A stretch of DNA of 64,000 bases from Candidatus Latescibacterota bacterium (GTDB lineage Bacteria; Latescibacterota; UBA2968; UBA8231): contig OZ241889.1 of NCBI GenBank assembly GCA_965203355.1, forward strand, positions 960,001 through 1,024,000. The letters run 5' to 3'. Shown in pieces: positions 61,393-64,000 of the stretch. How positions within the stretch are numbered: the stretch's first letter is position 1; the number at the start of each line of letters is the position of its first letter. Below the pieces are notes generated by a model. The model was not told where the DNA came from and did no database searches. It was given only the letters and a program-made list of their open reading frames with translations. The position numbers were made by a program, and so were the translations under genes.

Positions 61393-62412
61393 ATGCCTGT
61401 AAACAATCGCCCGGTGCGCGTCGGCATCTATGGCACCGGCCGTTTTGCCAACCAAACGCACCTGCCCAATCTGAGTAAGCTGGACGGCGTCGAGCTGGTC
61501 GCCGCGACCGACTCCAACCCGGACAACCTCGCCGCTACCGCGCAAAAGTTCTCCATCGCCCGGACCTATGCAGACCCGCATCAAATGCTCGCGGAGGAAC
61601 GGCTGGACGCGCTCTATTCGGTCGTGCCGGCCTTTGTGCGCACGGATGTGGAAGCGGCGGCCGCCGCGCAGGGCATCCACCTCTTCAGCGAAAAACCGCA
61701 AGCGACTAGCATGGCTGTTGCGCGGCGCATTGCCGATGCGGTCGCTGAGAGCGGCGCCATTGCAACGGTTTGTTTTCGCGAGCGCTACCGCCCGCTCTTT
61801 CAGGAGGCCCGCCGTCTGCTCGCGGATAAATCCATCACCCACATCCGCTTCCAGAGCACGGCCGGCCTGCCCCTGCTCAAAGCCGAGGTTCCCGACCCGG
61901 ATAGCTGGCACTATCAGATGGACAAGAATGGCGGCGCGGCCTTCGACTGGGGGGTCCACGCCGTTGACTACGCACGCTTTATGAGCGGCCTCGACATTAC
62001 CCAAGCCCAAGCGTTTTACCACCATCCTCCTCGGTACAACACACCGCTGTCGTGTTCGTTTAACTTTCTGTTGACAAGCGGAGCGACCATGACCTCGACC
62101 TTCCTCGCCACCACGCCCGCTGCTCCGGGAGACGAGCCGCGCTTCACTGTTTTTTACGAAGGAGGATGCTTGGCGCTGTGGATGTACGACCGGATCGAGG
62201 TCAATGGCGAGGTCGCGTACGCGCCAGAGGAATTCGACCCGTGGTTCGAGCAAGATCGCGTCTTCATTGAGGCCGTGCGCACCGGCAACCGCGCCCTGCT
62301 ACTCAACGACTATGCCGATGGCCTTTATTCGCTGGCTCCGGTACTGGCGGGGTGGGAATCGGCGCGGCGCGGTGGGGAGTTGATTGGTCTGGCCGAATTT
62401 GCGGCGAGTTGA
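61393..62412 (+). CDS. Gfo/Idh/MocA family oxidoreductase
   Basis: VGIYGTGRFA, FSEKP, DWGVH. Confidence 0.92.
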   Translation: MPVNNRPVRVGIYGTGRFANQTHLPNLSKLDGVELVAATDSNPDNLAATAQKFSIARTYADPHQMLAEERLDALYSVVPAFVRTDVEAAAAAQGIHLFSEKPQATSMAVARRIADAVAESGAIATVCFRERYRPLFQEARRLLADKSITHIRFQSTAGLPLLKAEVPDPDSWHYQMDKNGGAAFDWGVHAVDYARFMSGLDITQAQAFYHHPPRYNTPLSCSFNFLLTSGATMTSTFLATTPAAPGDEPRFTVFYEGGCLALWMYDRIEVNGEVAYAPEEFDPWFEQDRVFIEAVRTGNRALLLNDYADGLYSLAPVLAGWESARRGGELIGLAEFAAS

Positions 62413-63809
62413 GCGTGGGGCGCATCGCTAGGCGGTGGGGAGCCGCAGGCGGGTATCGGGAGTTTTTGGGGATTGCCCTGCCCCTGATTCTGAGCACGGC
62501 TAGCTGGAGCATCCAGCACTTTATCGACCGCGTCTTTCTCTCGTGGTATTCCACCGAGGCACTGGCGGCTGCCATGCCGGCGGGCATGGCCAACTTCACC
62601 TTCATCAGTCTCTTCATGGGCACGGCCCAATACGCCAACACGTTTGTCGCCCAATACATGGGGGCGCGGCGGCTGACGCGCGTGGGGCCGGCCGTATGGC
62701 AAGGGGCGTATTTGGCGCTGTTTAGCGGCCTGTTGGCCTTGCTGCCGGCCGCCTTTGCCGGCGAACTCTTCGCGTTCATCGGCCACGACCCGGCCATCCG
62801 CGCCGCTGAAACAGATTACTTCCGCATCCTTTGCTACGGCACCGGGCCGCAGGTGTTGGCTACGGCGTTTTCGTGTTTTTTTACCGGGCGCGGTCAGACG
62901 TGGGTGGTGCTGGCGGTCAATGCCGTGGCGATCAGCGTCAACATCATCTGCGACTACGGCTTGATATTCGGACGCTGGGGACTGCCCGAACTGGGGATCG
63001 TCGGGGCGGCGTGGGCCACCAACATCGGCTTGGTGGTCTCGGCTCTGTGTTTCGCGGTGCTGTTTTTGGGGCCACGCTATCGCAGCGAATACGCTACGTT
63101 GCGCGGCTGGAAACCCGATCTCAAACTGCTGCTGCGCCTATTGCGCTTTGGCGGCCCCAACGGCGTCAACTTCATGCTCGACATCATGGCCTTTACCTTC
63201 TTTTTGTTTATCGTGGGTCGCTTGGGGCCGATCCCGCTGGCGGCGACGAATTTGGCCTTTCACATCAATAGTCTCGCCTTTATGCCGCTCATTGGTTGTG
63301 GCATTGCCGTCTCGACGATGGTCGGCCAGCACTTAGGGCGCGATCAGCCTGACGCTGCCGAGTACTGCACGTGGTCGGGTTTGCATTTGGCCATGCTGTA
63401 TATGGGAACGATGTCCGCGGGCTACATCCTGGTGCCGGAACTTTTCCTCGCGCCTTTTGGCGCCGACCGGGACGCCGACTTTGCGGCGGCGCATCAAGTC
63501 GCCGTGATCTTGCTGCGCTTCGTAGCGTTGTACTGCGTCTCCGATGCTGCCTATATGGTTTTCACTGCGGCCCTGAAAGGCGCAGGCGACACCCGTTTTG
63601 TCATGTGGATTTCGATCTTGCTGGCTTGGGCGATTATGGTTGTGCCGTCTTTCGTCGTCCTGACGTACTTCGACGGAGGGCTGTATTTGATATGGAGCTT
63701 TACCTGCGTGTATGTATGCGTCTTGGGCGTGGTGTTCTACTTGCGCTTTCGCACGGGTCGTTGGAAGAGTATGCGGGTTATTGAGCGGGCCGATGAGAGT
63801 AGTGAGTAG
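62409..63809 (+). CDS. MATE family efflux transporter
   Basis: ALPLILS, IDRVFL, PELGIVGAAWAT, GAGDTR; about 12 TM segments. Confidence 0.92.
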   Translation: MSVGRIARRWGAAGGYREFLGIALPLILSTASWSIQHFIDRVFLSWYSTEALAAAMPAGMANFTFISLFMGTAQYANTFVAQYMGARRLTRVGPAVWQGAYLALFSGLLALLPAAFAGELFAFIGHDPAIRAAETDYFRILCYGTGPQVLATAFSCFFTGRGQTWVVLAVNAVAISVNIICDYGLIFGRWGLPELGIVGAAWATNIGLVVSALCFAVLFLGPRYRSEYATLRGWKPDLKLLLRLLRFGGPNGVNFMLDIMAFTFFLFIVGRLGPIPLAATNLAFHINSLAFMPLIGCGIAVSTMVGQHLGRDQPDAAEYCTWSGLHLAMLYMGTMSAGYILVPELFLAPFGADRDADFAAAHQVAVILLRFVALYCVSDAAYMVFTAALKGAGDTRFVMWISILLAWAIMVVPSFVVLTYFDGGLYLIWSFTCVYVCVLGVVFYLRFRTGRWKSMRVIERADESSE

Positions 63810-63819
63810 CGAGCGAATG

Positions 63820-64000
63820 CTACAAATGGGATGGGGCGTTGGGATTCATTGTCAGCGCGTCCTTGAGAAAACTGAACACATCAAAGAGCGTTGACTTGCC
63901 CGTTCCATTTGCGCCCACGACTATGACCATCGGGGGTAAATCGTCAAATACGGCGTGGCGAAAGCAACGGTAGTTCCTGATTTCAATCTGCTCAATCCTC
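63820..64000 (-). pseudogene. Truncated N-terminal fragment of an AAA/RecF-SMC-like ATPase (start just outside window)
   Basis: RIEQIEIRNYRCF...VVGANGTGKSTLFDVFSFLKDAL followed by TAG at 63820 after about 60 codons. Confidence 0.7.

Overview
High-GC bacterial window. Its many PhyH dioxygenases, enolase-superfamily, Gfo/Idh/MocA and sulfatase genes plus a form II cox operon resemble Latescibacterota/Poribacteria-like heterotrophs (inference only). The main find is a roughly 10-kb minus-strand island at 1-10012 that looks like a peptide (RiPP-like) system. In order it holds a soluble PAS kinase and LuxR regulator, a duplicated 180-bp promoter with four 18-bp palindromic boxes, and two tandem cassettes that each pair a Cys-rich precursor (leader resembling the clostridial CLI_3235 type) with a secreted 6-bladed beta-propeller. 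These are followed by a CxxC redoxin, an ABC exporter, a rhodanese and an S8 peptidase/P-loop fusion that runs off the left edge and is missing from the ORF track. Each precursor gene sits between 14-bp inverted repeats and is followed by a covarying stem-loop. Other features missing from the ORF track are a UGA/SECIS peroxiredoxin-like selenoprotein split at an A9 run, two copies of a ~145-bp MITE, a degenerate CRISPR-like repeat pair and several truncated toxin-antitoxin/defence gene stubs. A low-GC pair of orphan DNA methyltransferases is also present. Family assignments come from motif recognition by eye; no searches were run.
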